64,000 nucleotides of DNA, taken from Octopus vulgaris. Taxonomy: Eukaryota. The notes under the pieces are model-generated. The model did not search any database, was not told the DNA's origin, and saw only the letters and a list, made by a program, of their open reading frames with translations. The stretch is taken from contig OX597821.1 in NCBI GenBank assembly GCA_951406725.2, positions 33,418,001 through 33,482,000 on the forward strand, in the 5' to 3' direction. Of this stretch, positions 1 to 12,700 are shown piece after piece; within the stretch, counting starts at the first letter, position 1, and each line of letters starts with the position of its first letter. The position numbers and the translations under genes were made by a program.

Positions 1-450
1 GGCCTATGCAAAGTTTTCAAGAAGTTGTCATAGTTCTCGACACAATCAAGGAGATCTTGTGCAACTGAAACCTGTCTTTTGTGGTTAGCTGAAAGCAATT
101 TTGGCAGACATGCGTCTCCTACCCAAATCTTCAGTGATAATGGACTGGACTGAACTGAACTGCAACTAATCTGCACATCCTATGATAACTCACAGATGGT
201 GATTCGATGATTTCCCCTCACAGCCGCATGCACTTCTGCGACGTTTTTCTCAGTTCTGCTGGTTGCAGGTCTCTCAGAACGTTCATCAATGCTGACATTT
301 TTCCAGCCATTTTGATAACCACTTATACACTTGTGTGGTGCAGCACACACACTCCTCTCCATACACTTTCTGCAACTTTGTGTAGGCCTCTGGGCAGGTA
401 TCGCCACGACAACTTTCTCTGTCGTGGTCAATGTGACGATCACGTGCTAC
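1..450 (-). mobile_element. Degenerate mariner transposase fragment (HTH region)
   Basis: Frameshifted peptides KVYGEECV.. and DERSERPATSRTEKNVAEVHAAVRGNHRITICELS, typical of the mariner N-terminus. Confidence 0.7.
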
Positions 451-572
451 CTTGAATAAATCCCCTTCCAAGCCCATGCTAGTCTGGGAAAAACGAACAT
501 TAAACAAATAAAGAGAAAAAAAAGCATAGAAAAAAGAAGAAAAATTAAGATTAAAAGAACACCTGTACTTAC

Positions 573-791
573 CCTCAGTTTGCTTCTCTTCTGCAATGTC
601 AAGAGCTGAATATTCCTCTACATCCTCTTCCTCCTCTTCTTCTTCATCGTCATCTTCCTCCTCTTCCTCCTCACATTCTTCTTCGTCGTCATCGTCATCC
701 TCGTCGTCTTCCTCTTCTACCCCAGGCCAGTCATCACCTGTCACAGATTCTGCCGAGGAGATGTCTTCTAGGTTGAGACCACTGGCATAAT
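573..791 (-). CDS. NUP214: NUP214 exon 22 (poly-Asp/Glu acidic exon)
   Basis: aag/gtaagt, phase 1 to 1, open frame NYASGLNLEDISSAESVTGDDWPGVEEEDDE.. Confidence 0.75.
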
Positions 792-3700
792 CTTAAAGGG
801 ATGACACACATGAAATGCATTAAACACAAGGCATTTTCAACAGAACCAACTAAAATCTACCAAAACAGACACTACTACTGTCATCATATCATTTACAAGG
901 TGGTGCCAAAGAGGTCTCGAACTAGTTCTGTAGTGCACCAACAGATGACAGCACATGGCCGTGTGCAGGGCGAGAGCTAGCATTGACCTTCATGAGGCAG
1001 TGTGTCGAGTGACATCACTGTATTTACTTCCAAAGTTGTGAGATTTGTGTCTTTGTGATCATGTGTATACTGTAGTCTGTGATTTTTGTCATGGACGAGA
1101 AACTGAAACAAAGGGCCAATGTAAAATTTTACATTGAACTCGGGAAGTCTGCTACAGAGACATTGAGCATGCTTTGGCAAGCTTATGGTGATGAGGCAAT
1201 GAGTCATATGCAATGTTTTGAGTGGAACAGGTGCTTCAAAAGTGGAAGAACATGAATGGAAGATAACGAGTGATATGGAAGACCGGCCACAAGTGTCACC
1301 CTTGGAAATGTGGACACAGTTCTATATTTAAGAGATGAGGAATTATGTACATTATTTGTCCTCATCTTGTTTGTTGTTAACACGTTTTGGCTGATATACC
1401 CTCCAGCCTTCTTCAGGTGTCTTAGAGAAATTTTGAACCTGGGTTCTCACTCCTAAGGTATTTTTCAATGTTATGATTATTATTATTGTTATTGTTCTGG
1501 TCACTGCTTGGAATCGAACTCAGAATCTTGGGGTTAGTAGCCTGTGCTCTTAACCACTACGCCATATGCCTTAGGACCTTAGTAATGAGAACCCAGGTTC
1601 GAAATTTCCCCAAGACACTTGAAGAAGGCTGGAGAGTATATCAGCTGAAACTTTGTGTTAACAACAAACAAGATGAGGACAAATATCCGTTGAATGTAAA
1701 TAATTGCTGATGTTGTTGGTCTGTTGTATGGGTCTGTGCAGGCAATCCTAATGTCTGCAAAGAATTGGATTCTTCATGACGACAATGCACCCTGTCACTG
1801 ATTTTCTCACCAAAAAGAACATGGTATTTGCTTCCACACTGGCCCTATTCACCAGATTTAGCATCTCCAGACTTCTGTCTCTTCCCAAAATGAAAATGCA
1901 GCTCAATGGTCGCTGTTTTAGCAATGATGTCAAGATCAAGAGCGAATCGCAGAAGGTCCTCGACTTGATTACAGAAAACAAGTTCTTGACCAGATTCCGA
2001 AAGTGGCAGGAACACTGGCACTGGTGTATTGCTGCACAAGAGGACTATTTTGAAGGAGATGATATAAAAACTTTAGCAAATGAGTTGCATTTTATTGAAC
2101 ATAACTAGTCTGGGAACTTCTTGTTACCAACTTGTATACAGGGCTTGAAACTGAGCTTAAGCTTGTGATTTTGTCATTTTTCATCATCGTCATTTAATGT
2201 CCGCCTTAAACGATGATGATTACGATGATGAAAATAACAAAATTGCAAGTTTAACCCTTTAGCATTCAAACCAGCCATATCCGGCCAAAATATTTAACCT
2301 GTTTTATATTGAAATTGACCAGAGCTTGCCACTCACCTCAGCCCTACAATGTCATTCTAAAACTAAAAAATCACATCACTGAAATCTCTAAACTACAAGA
2401 TAATGCATGATTAATTCAAAACAATATAAACAAACAAACAATCACATTTGACAGAATAATCTGAACATTAAAGGGTTAAGCTCAAAAACCATGGGATTCA
2501 AAATCTCAAGAATCATTCTTTTATCTTTTTTTTACTTGTTTCAGTCATTGGACTGTGGCCATGCTGGGGCACCATCTTGTAGGGTTCAGTCAAAAAAAAT
2601 TGATTCCAGTACTTTTTCTTTTCTAAGCTTGGTATTTATTTTATTGGTCTCTTTTGTTGGACTGCTAAGTTACAAAGACATAAACAAACCAACCAACACC
2701 ATTTGTCAAACAGTGGTCAGGGACAAGCACAACACAAAGGCACACAAATATATATATACATAAATATATATACACACACACACATACATACATACACACG
2801 ACAAGCTTACTTCAGTTTCTATCTACCAAATCCACTCACATGCCTTTGGTTGGCCCATGGCTATAGTAGAATACTTACCCAAGATGCCACACACAGGGAC
2901 TGGGGACAGAACTATGTGGTTGGGGAGCAAACTTCTTACCATACAGCCATGAGTGTGTGCCCATTAACAATAGGTATTGTGGCCGATGCCAGCGCCGCCT
3001 TGACTGGCTTCTGTTTCGGTGGCACATAAAAAGCACCAACCGGTCGTGGCCGTTGCCAGCCTCGTCTGGCCCCCGTGTTGTGACACATAAAAAGCACCAA
3101 CCGATCGTGGACGCTGCCAGCCTCCCCTGGCACCTGTGCCGGTGGCATGTAAAAAGTATCCACTGCACTCACGGAGTGGTTGGCATTAGGAAGGGCATCC
3201 AGCTGTACAAACACTGCCAGATCAGACAGGAGCCTGGTGGAGCCTTCTGGCTTCCCAGACCCCGGTCGAACCGTCCAACCCATGCTAGCATGGAAAACGG
3301 ACGTTAACCCTTTAGCATTTAAACCGGCCATATCCGGCTTAAAGTATTCTGCCTCTTTTATGTTCAAACTGGCTGGATCTGGTCTCTCACACCAACCCTA
3401 CAATATTGTTTTAAAAATTAATAGCTACCACATCAAAATCTCATAGCTACAAGATAATGCATGATTAGTTCAAAACAATGTGGATAAAAAAGCATTAATT
3501 TTGGCAGAATAACGTGAACACTAAAGAGTTAAACGATGATGATGATTGTAAAGTTGCTTCAGTATGTAAAAGAAAGGAAGAAATGTAAAAGATAAAAAAA
3601 GCTTACTGGAAATCTGTATAGATGGGAAGAGCCCAGTCTTTGTATCAGGCTTCAGTGGGGTACTCGTGCTTATTGACCGGGCCTGAGCAAGATACAAAAA

Positions 3701-6700
3701 GACAAGAGTACATTATAAAGATGTGTGTGTCTGACACTTATTAAATACAGTGAGACAATAATAACTAATAAATTATACATGATATGTAATGTGAGGCGAA
3801 GCTGAAAATAATAATAGTAAACAAAGCACAACTATGGTCATCGAATGAAATATATGAATGGTGTAGCAGCATAATAGTCAGCTGCTACAAAGGTAAAGGT
3901 GACGCCCTAGATACAAATAGCTACAGGGGTATCAAGCTGCTGGATCAGGTAATGAAGGTTACGGAGAGGGTTATAGCCCAACTAATTAGAGAGAGAGTTA
4001 GCCTAGATCAGATGCAGTTTGGGTTCGTGCCAGGGAAAAGTACTACTGATGCTATTTTCATGGTAAGACAGCTGCAAGAGAAATACCTAGCCAAAGACAA
4101 GCCCCTATACCTGGCTTTTGTTGATATGGAGAAAGCCTTCGACAGGGTCCCCCGATCCCTCATCTGGTGGTCAATGAGGAAACTAGGGATAGATGAATGG
4201 TTAGTGAAAGCTGTACAAGCCATGTACAGAGACGCTGCTAGTAAGGTGAGGGTTGGCACCGAGTACAGTGAAGAATTCAGGGTAGAGGTTGGGGTCCACC
4301 AAGGTTCAGTCCTCAGTCCCCTCCTATTTATCATAGTCCTCCAGGCAATAACGGAGGAATTCAAGACAGGATGCCCCTGGGAGCTCCTCTATGCTGATGA
4401 CCTTGCTCTAATTGCTGAGTCTCTATCAGAACTAGAGAAGTTTCAGGTATGGAAACAAGGTTTAGAATCGAAGGGCCTTAGAATCAACCTAGCCAAAACC
4501 AAAGTCCTAATAAGTAGGAAGGTAGACCAATCACAAACGCCTTCAGGTAGATGGCCCTGCTCGATCTGTAGAAAAGGTGTAGGTAGAAACTCTATAAGAT
4601 GCACCAAGTGTAAGCTATGGACACATAAGAGGTGCAGCAATGTCAAAGGAAGGCTAACTAGGAAGATGGTTTTTGTATGTGGCAGATGCTCAGGAACAAT
4701 TAACACTGAAAATGCTCTGAGACCAACTTCCGTCACTTTCCAGGGAGAAAAGCTAGAAGTAGTTGATAGTTTCCGTTACCTAGGTGACCAAGTCAGTAGC
4801 GGGGGCGGGTGCGCTGAAAGTATAACTGCTAGAGTAAGAATAGCCTGGGCAAAGTTTAGAGAGCTCTTACCCCTGCTGGTGACAAAAGGCCTCTCGCTCA
4901 AAGTAAAAGGCAGACTGTATGATACATGTGTACGTACAGCCATGCTACATGGTAGTGAAACTTGGGCTGTGACTGCTGAGGATTTGCGTAAGCTCGCAAG
5001 AAATGAAGCTAGTATGCTCCGATGGATGTGTAACGTCAGTGTTCATAATCGACAGAGTGTAAGTACCTTGAGAGAAAAGTTGAACCTAAGAAGCATCAGT
5101 TGTTGTGTGCAAGAGAGACGTATGCGCTGGTATGGTCATGTGATGAGAATGGCTGAAGATAGTTGTGTGCGAAAGTGCCACACCCTGGCAGTTGAGGGGA
5201 CCTGTGGAAGAGGTAGACCTAGGAAAACCTGGGTCGAGGCGGTGAAGCACGACCTTCGAACTTTAGGTCTCACCAAGGAAATGACCAGTGACCGAGACCT
5301 TTGGAGGTATGCTGTGCGTGAGAAAACCCGGCAAGACCAGTGAGAACAGTCAAAATCAAGATCAAACCAAATTGAGGTCGATCAACATCAGGGCCCCCGT
5401 GCAGGTGACACGTAAAAGTACCATCCGTTCGTAGCCGTTTGCCAGCCCTGTCTGGCCCCCGTGTCGGTGGCACGTAAAAGCACCATCCGTTCGTGTTCGT
5501 TGCCAGCCTGGCCTGGCCCCCGTGCCGGTGACACGTAAAAGCACCATCCGTTTGTGGCCGTTTGCCAGCTCTGTCTGGCCCCCGTGCCGGTGACACGTAA
5601 AAGCACCATCCGTTCGTGGCCGTTTGCCAGCCCTGTCTGGCTCCCATGTCGGTGACATGTAAAAGCACCATCCGTTCGTGTCCGTTTGCCAGCCCTGTCT
5701 GGCCCCCATGTCGGTGACATGTTAAAGCACCATCCGTTCGTGTCCGTTGCCAGCCTCGCCTGGCCCCCGTGCCGGTGACACGTAAAAGCACCATCCGTTC
5801 GTGGCCGTTTGCCAGCCCTGTCTGGCCCCCGTGTCGGTGGCATGTAAAAGCACCATCCGTTCGTGGCCGTTTGCCAGCCTGTCTGGCCCCCGTGCCGGTG
5901 ACACGTAAAAGCACCATCCGTTCGTGACCGTTTGCCAGCCCTGTCTGGCCCCCGTGTCGGTGGCATGTAAAAGCACCAACCGTTCGTGGCCGTTTGCCAG
6001 CCCTGTCTGGCTCCCATGTCGGTGACATGTAAAAGCACCATCCGTTCGTGGCCGTTTGCCAGCCCTGTCTGGCTCCCATGTCGGTGACATGTAAAAGCAC
6101 CATCCGTTCGTGTCCGTTTGCCAGCCCTGTCTGGCCCCCATGTCGGTGACATGTTAAAGCACCATCCGTTCGTGTCCGTTGCCAGCCTCTCCTGGCCCCC
6201 GTGCCGGTGACACGTAAAAGCACCATCCGTTCGTGGCCGTTTGCCAGCCCTGTCTGGCCCCCGTGTCGGTGGCATGTAAAAGCACCATCCGTTCGTGCCC
6301 GTTGCCAGCCTCGCCTAGCCCCCGTGCCGGTGACACGTAAAAGCACCATCCGTTTCGTGGCCGTGTACCAGCTCTGCCTGGCCCCCGTGTCGGTGGAACG
6401 TAAATGCACCACCCGTTCGTGTCTGTTGCCAGCCTCGTCTGGCCCCGTGCCGGTGACACGTAAAAGCACCATCCGTTCGTGGCCGTTTGCCAGCTCTGTC
6501 TGGCACCTGTGCAGGTGGCACGTAAAAAGCACCCACTACACTCACGGAGTGGTTGGCGTTAGGAAGGGCATCCAGCCGTAGAAACACTGCCAGATCTGAC
6601 TGGGCCTGATGAAGCCTTCCAGCTTCACAGACCCCAGTTGAACCGTCCAACCCATGCTAGCATGGAGAACGGACGCTAAATGATGATGATGATAATGATG

Positions 6701-9700
6701 ATGATACTTTGGAGTATGAGTTTAATTTGTTCCATGACTGAGCTCGGTTTACGATTTACTCATTTTACAAAAAAAATCAAGTTTCTCCATTGAAACTAAC
6801 TAAATAATAATTAAGCTGTTCAAGCCCACCCACCCCAAAATAACTTTTTATGAGTTTTAAAACAGAAAAGGTGTAGTTACAAGTAGAATGACAATAAAAA
6901 GAGAATGCAAAAGAAATATGTAAACTGGTTTTATTAACTGAACTATCTTAAAAATGGAACAATTTGTGCATGAGGAAGACGATAGAGAGGGGTAGAGGAG
7001 GATTACTGGCACGTAAAAACCACCCACTACACTCTCGGAGTGGTTGGCATTAGAAAGGGCATCCAGCTGTAGAAACTCTGCCAAATCAAGATTGGAGCCT
7101 TCTGGTTCGCCAGCCTTCAGTCAAAATCGTCCAACCCATGCTAGCATGGAAAGCGGACGTTAAACGATGATGATGATGATGATGGAGAACCTCCTTCCAT
7201 TAAGATTTCATGAAGAACAATTTCTGGCATCTTCTCTCTCACTTTGTTTAATTTCGGCTTTTATGGATACACTTTCTTCACTTGTTACACTTGCAGATCA
7301 TTTCATTAGAAACACATCAACAGAAGTCTGCTTTTTCCTGCCTTTCAAAATGTTACGAAAAGGCACCAGAGCATTGTCATTAAATAAAGCAGCTGCATGA
7401 ATTGTACCTATTTTTTCAGGACGATATTTTTCTACAAATTCAAAAGCATACTGCCACTTTGCTAACACAACCTTTATGTCACTCATAGAGAAAATATTCC
7501 CTGCTACACTGTCCTCCTCCAGAGAACCAATCTCTTCCACCGCATCCAAATGTAGCTGCAGGAGTTCATCTGTCGTCAGCTCCTCTGAGTGTTCCTCAAC
7601 GAGATTGTTAATGTCACCATCATCAACCTCAAGGCCCATGGACTTGCCAACTGACACTATCTCCTCATCTACAGGTTCTCAGACTCAAACCCCTCAAAAT
7701 CTCTTTCGAATATGCAGTCAGGCCACAGTTTCCTCCATGCAGGATTCAGTGTTCTCCTTGTTACACCCTGCCAGGTCATATCAATTTTCATGCAATTTAC
7801 AGTGTTGTAGAGCTCCTTCCAAAATTCACAAAGGGTTAGATTTGTATTTTCGGTCACTTCAAAGCACCAATGAAACAGGTGTTTGGTGTACAATTTCTTA
7901 AAATTAGAAATCACCTGTTGGTCCATGGTGTTGCGTGAAAGGTACAAAACTTTTATAAATTTAAATTCGTCTAGGATATCATCTTCTAGGTTAGGAGGGT
8001 GAGCAGGGGCATTGTGAAGGATGAGGAAGGCCTTGAGAGGAAGATTGTTCTCCAGAAGGTATTTTTTCACTGCTGGTCCAAAGACAAGGTTGACCAACTC
8101 AAAGAATTACCTGGTGACCCAGGTTTTAATGTTTGCCCTCCACATGACCTTCAGCTTTTCCTTTAGGATTTTGTGCAACTTGAATGCTTGTAGGTTTTCG
8201 GAATGGTAGACAAGGAGCAGCTTAATCTTCAAGTCTTCACTCACATTGACACAAAGGACAAGAGTTAGCCTATCTTTCATAGGCTTGTAGCCTGGCATTT
8301 TCTTCGCTGCAGTTATGTAGGTTCTTCTAAGCATTTTTTTCCCAAAAAGGCCATACCTGTTGTGTGATGTACCTCTCGACTGCGATGAGCTGAAGGAATT
8401 CACACACGGAATCTTCAGCTGTTTACGTGTCAGAATTCACTGCTTCTCATACGTGACGACGCTAGGAACACCAGTTCTCTTCTTGAAATTATCAAACCAC
8501 CCATGACCAGCCTTAAATGCACTTGCTGATGTCTCCTGCCTGGTCAGCTTCTGTCAAACCGTTCAACTCATGCTATAGCATAAACGATGATGATGATGAT
8601 GAATGAAATGATGCAAAACCAGGGTAAGAAAAACAAAAGTTAATACTTGTACCTGTCCAATTAGGCTGATCTCATCATCACCGCCAGCAGTCGCAGTACT
8701 TGGCTTCAAACCAAAACCCTGCTTTTGTGCATTGACCACTGCAGAAGCTGGCTTGGACGCTGACTGAGTTGGAAGAGTGATACTAGTATCTGAAGTAAAA
8801 ACATCATGAAAAACATAAAAAAAGGGAAAAAAAAGACTAGCAGAAGTAAAATATTTTGTTTCAAAAATCTGAAGACAAAGAAAAGGGTAAATTCCATTAA
8901 GCACTTTAGCCTTTACACTGACTATATCAGGCCCAAATATTGTACTCTTGTTTTATGTTCTAACTAGCCAGATTCAGCCTCTCACACCTACCCTAAAAAG
9001 TCGTTCTGAAAATAAACAATCACATCTTTGAAATTTCAAAGTTACAATTTGAATATATAATCATTACATTTGACAGAGTAAACTGAATGCTAAAGGGTTA
9101 ATATATCATCTCATACACTGACATGAGAAACTGAAGTGTAGAATAGAATTGATTCCATCCTAATAAATTACTGGTACTGATTTTATCAGTCCCAGAGGGA
9201 GAAAAAGCAAATTTTAAATTAAATAAAATGAAGTACTGAGTTAGAAAATCAGGTTAGTGGTTCAAAAAATTCGTGTGCTGCATTGAAAAAAGTTTAAAAT
9301 GAAAAAAAAGAGGCATCGGATGGGTGATGAATATCCTGTGTGCAGAGAAATTCTTTCGCAGATTATAGTGTGACTTACAATGCGTTCCTGACCCATGCTT
9401 TTTAACTGAACTGAATTAAGTTTTGCAAGTGTTTGACTAAACTTGACTATGGGGAAATTTGTAAGTTTGATTTTAAAAAAATCTTTTTTTCTAAGTATCA
9501 TCATTATAGGTATAATGAATAAATTAAGAAATCAACTCGAAATTTGAAGATAATCAAATCAAACTTTCACCATTTCGAGCCATTCACCCAATGAATATTT
9601 CAGCCAAATTTGGTGAAAATCTGTTCAGCTGTTTTCTAGTAATTTTGCAAGCATACAGACAAATGAACACTATACCCTGCTTTCGCTTACGCACACAGGT

Positions 9701-12700
9701 TAAGAAAAAAAAAAACATCTGAGAACATGTTCTAAAAAATATATAAACAGGCATTGGTGTGGCAGTTTGGTTAAGAAATTGGTTTGCCAATGATATAATT
9801 TTGGGTTCAATCCCACTACATGACACCTTGGGCAAGTGTTTCCTACCATAGCTCCAAGCCATTCAAAGCCTTGTAAGTGGATTTGGTCAATGGAAATTGA
9901 AAAAACCCATCATATGTATATAAATGTATGTGTGTGTGTACATGGGTGTGCATGCATGTGCACACATGCGCACGTCTCTGTCTTGACAGTTGTAAACATA
10001 TCATCATCATAAAAGCAGTGTCCATTTCAAATCTTATATGAAAACATGTCTGGCCATGGGAAAAGATTAAAAAAACCCACTTGGAAAACAGGTGAAAGTT
10101 AGCAACAAAAAGCATTCATTGGCCTTAGAAAATCTACCCCACTGAACTCCCTTTGACCCATGCATCATCATCATCATCATCGTTTAACGTTCGTTTTCCA
10201 TGCTAGCATGGGTTGGACGGTTCAACTGGGGTCTGGGAAGCCAGGAGGCTGCGCCAGGCCCAGTCTGATCTGGCAGTGTTTCTACAGCTGGATGCCCTTC
10301 CTAATGCCAACCACTCCGTGAGTGTAGTGGGTGCTTTTTATGTGCCACCTGCACAGGTGCCAGAGGAGGCTGGCAAATGGCTATGATCGGACGGTGCTTT
10401 TTACGTGCCACCGGCACGGAGGCCAGTTTGGGCGGCGCTGGCAACGGCCATGTTCGGACAGTTCTCTTATGTGCCACCAGCACTGGTATCTCAGCTACAA
10501 TTTCCATTGATGTCGAAAGATTTCGATTTCGATTTTAATTTTCACTTGCCTTAACAGGTCTTCACAAGTAGGGTTTGTGTCACAAGAAGGAACGGTATGC
10601 ATAAGTGGGCTGGCTACGTCCCAGGTAGAGGCCATGAGTCATGGTCTCACTTGTCCTGCCGGGTCTTCCCACGCACAGCATACTTCCAAAACATTGGAAA
10701 TATGAACATTAACCATTTAGCTTTCAGATTACTCAGTTAAATACGTGTTCTTATTCAAATTGTTTTGAATTATCATCATTACCATCGTCGTTTAGCGTCC
10801 ATGCTGGCATGGGTTGGACGGTTCAACTGGGGTCTGGGAAGCCAGAAGACTGCACCAGGCTCAATCTGATCTGGCAATGTTTCTACGGCTGGATGCCCTT
10901 CCTAACGCCAACCACTCCATGAGTGTAGTGGGTGCTTTTTACGTGCCACCAGCACAGGTGCCAGGCGCGGCTGGCAAACGGCCACGATCGGATGGTTCTC
11001 TTATGTGCCACCGGCACTAGTATCACAGCTACAGTTTCCATCGATGTTGATCGATTTCGATTTTGATTTAATCATGTATTGAATTAATCATGTATTATCT
11101 TATAGGTTTGAGGTTCTGATGACATGATTATTTATTTTCAGAATGACATTGTAGGATAGGTGTGAAAGGCTAGATATGGCCAATATGAATGTAAAACGTG
11201 TAGAATATTTGAACCAGATGTGGCTAGTTCAAATGCTAAAGCGTTAAAAGTGTGGTGATGATCCATGAAGTAACAGGTGTATATAAGAAGCTCTCAATTT
11301 TTTTTTAAATGTCAGGTGAATTAATGTATTGAAATTCATTGATTTCATAAAAAAACAAATGGCATGAAACATTGAGTGTAGGTTTGTTTGTTCAGTGCTG
11401 ATCGAGGGAACAACACTGATGGCTGTGTCCACCTCACCTGGCTGGCTGTTACAGTGATCATGTCAGACAGCAAACTCAATATAACATGATCTGACATACA
11501 TACATTGCACCTCACACAACCAGATACTGCACTTACAAAATGGATTTTGGTAAAAATCACATGATACTGCTAATGGTAACTTACCTGGGGAGACTGATTT
11601 AACAAGGGGTACCACTCTCTTGGATAAGTGCTCTCGTAGTTGAGACTGCTTTAAAGGAGAAATGGCTGTCACTTGTGGAGTCTCTGCTTCTGGCTGTGTC
11701 TTGTTTTCAAGGAGAGTATCAGCCAAGCTGGATAGCTTGTTTTCACTGGTTATAAATAGAAATAATGAGATGAAAATATACACACAAATATCCATGCGAA
11801 AAAAAAAAGTGCCTATCTCTAACTGTGGAGGGAACCTGTGGAAGAGGTAGGACCCAGGAAGACATGGGCTGAGGTGGTGAAATATGATCTTCGAACGTTG
11901 GACCTCATGGGAGCAATGACAAGTGACCAAGACCTTTGGTGATATGCCATGCTGGTATCACATAACAGGCACCCATATCAGTGACATGTAAAAAGCACCC
12001 ATTACACTCTTGGAGTGGTTGGCATTAGGAAGGGCACCCGGCCATAGAAACCATGCCAAATCAGACTGGAACCTGGTGCAGCTCTCCAGCTTACCAGGAT
12101 TAGTCAAACCATCCAACCCATGCCAGCATGGAAAGCAGACACCAAATAATAGTGGTTTTAAATTTTGCCACAAGGGCAGCAAGTTTGGGGGAGGGGGTAA
12201 GTCAATTACATCAATGACAGTGTACGACTGGTACTTATTTTATTAACCCCCAAAAGGACGAAAAGCAAAGTTGACCTCGGCGGAATCTGAACTCAGAACA
12301 TAAAGATGGCTGAAATGCCACTAAACATCTTGCCCAGCGTGCTAACCATTCTGCTAACTCTTCACCGTGACACTAAATAATAATAATGATGATGATGATG
12401 ACGACTGCATCAAATGAAACTGTGACTCATTACAGAAAGCTATATGTTTCAATCTATATAAGCTTTTCAAATGAATGAGGTACCAGTTCAATTGATGGAA
12501 TTTAAAGTAAACAATGGAATAGGATGTCTGAGCATAAAAGATCTCTAAATATACAAGATAAAGAAATTTAATTCATCATCAAACATCTGTTTCCCATGCT
12601 GACAGGATACAGTGAGTCACAGGGCTATTTCTAAGCACAAGTGTCAGCTTTGGAACGATCTTTATCGTTGGATGCCCTTCCTAACACCAACCACTTTACA

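Larger units (their letters stand above)
3856..6706 (+). mobile_element. 5'-truncated RTE-clade LINE (RT ORF, 3'UTR tandem array, (GAT)n tail)
   Basis: Frame open from EWCSSIIVSCYKGKGD..YRGIKLL; conserved 3' end ..catgctagcatgga..taaatgatgatgat. Confidence 0.92.

Noticed and set aside
1499-1570. Genuine tRNA gene (also the other A/B-box hits)
   Set aside because: No complete acceptor stem; these are tRNA-derived heads of repeats
5270-6532. 420-aa and 295-aa minus-strand ORFs
   Set aside because: By-products of a stop-poor tandem repeat; the same peptides cycle through all frames
5390-6535. CRISPR-like array next to an RT
   Set aside because: Units are head-to-tail with no unique spacers, there are no cas genes, and the context is a eukaryotic LINE 3'UTR
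6606-6660. CTGATGA hammerhead core in the RTE tail
   Set aside because: No matching GAAA or stems, and most other copies read ctggtgca at this position
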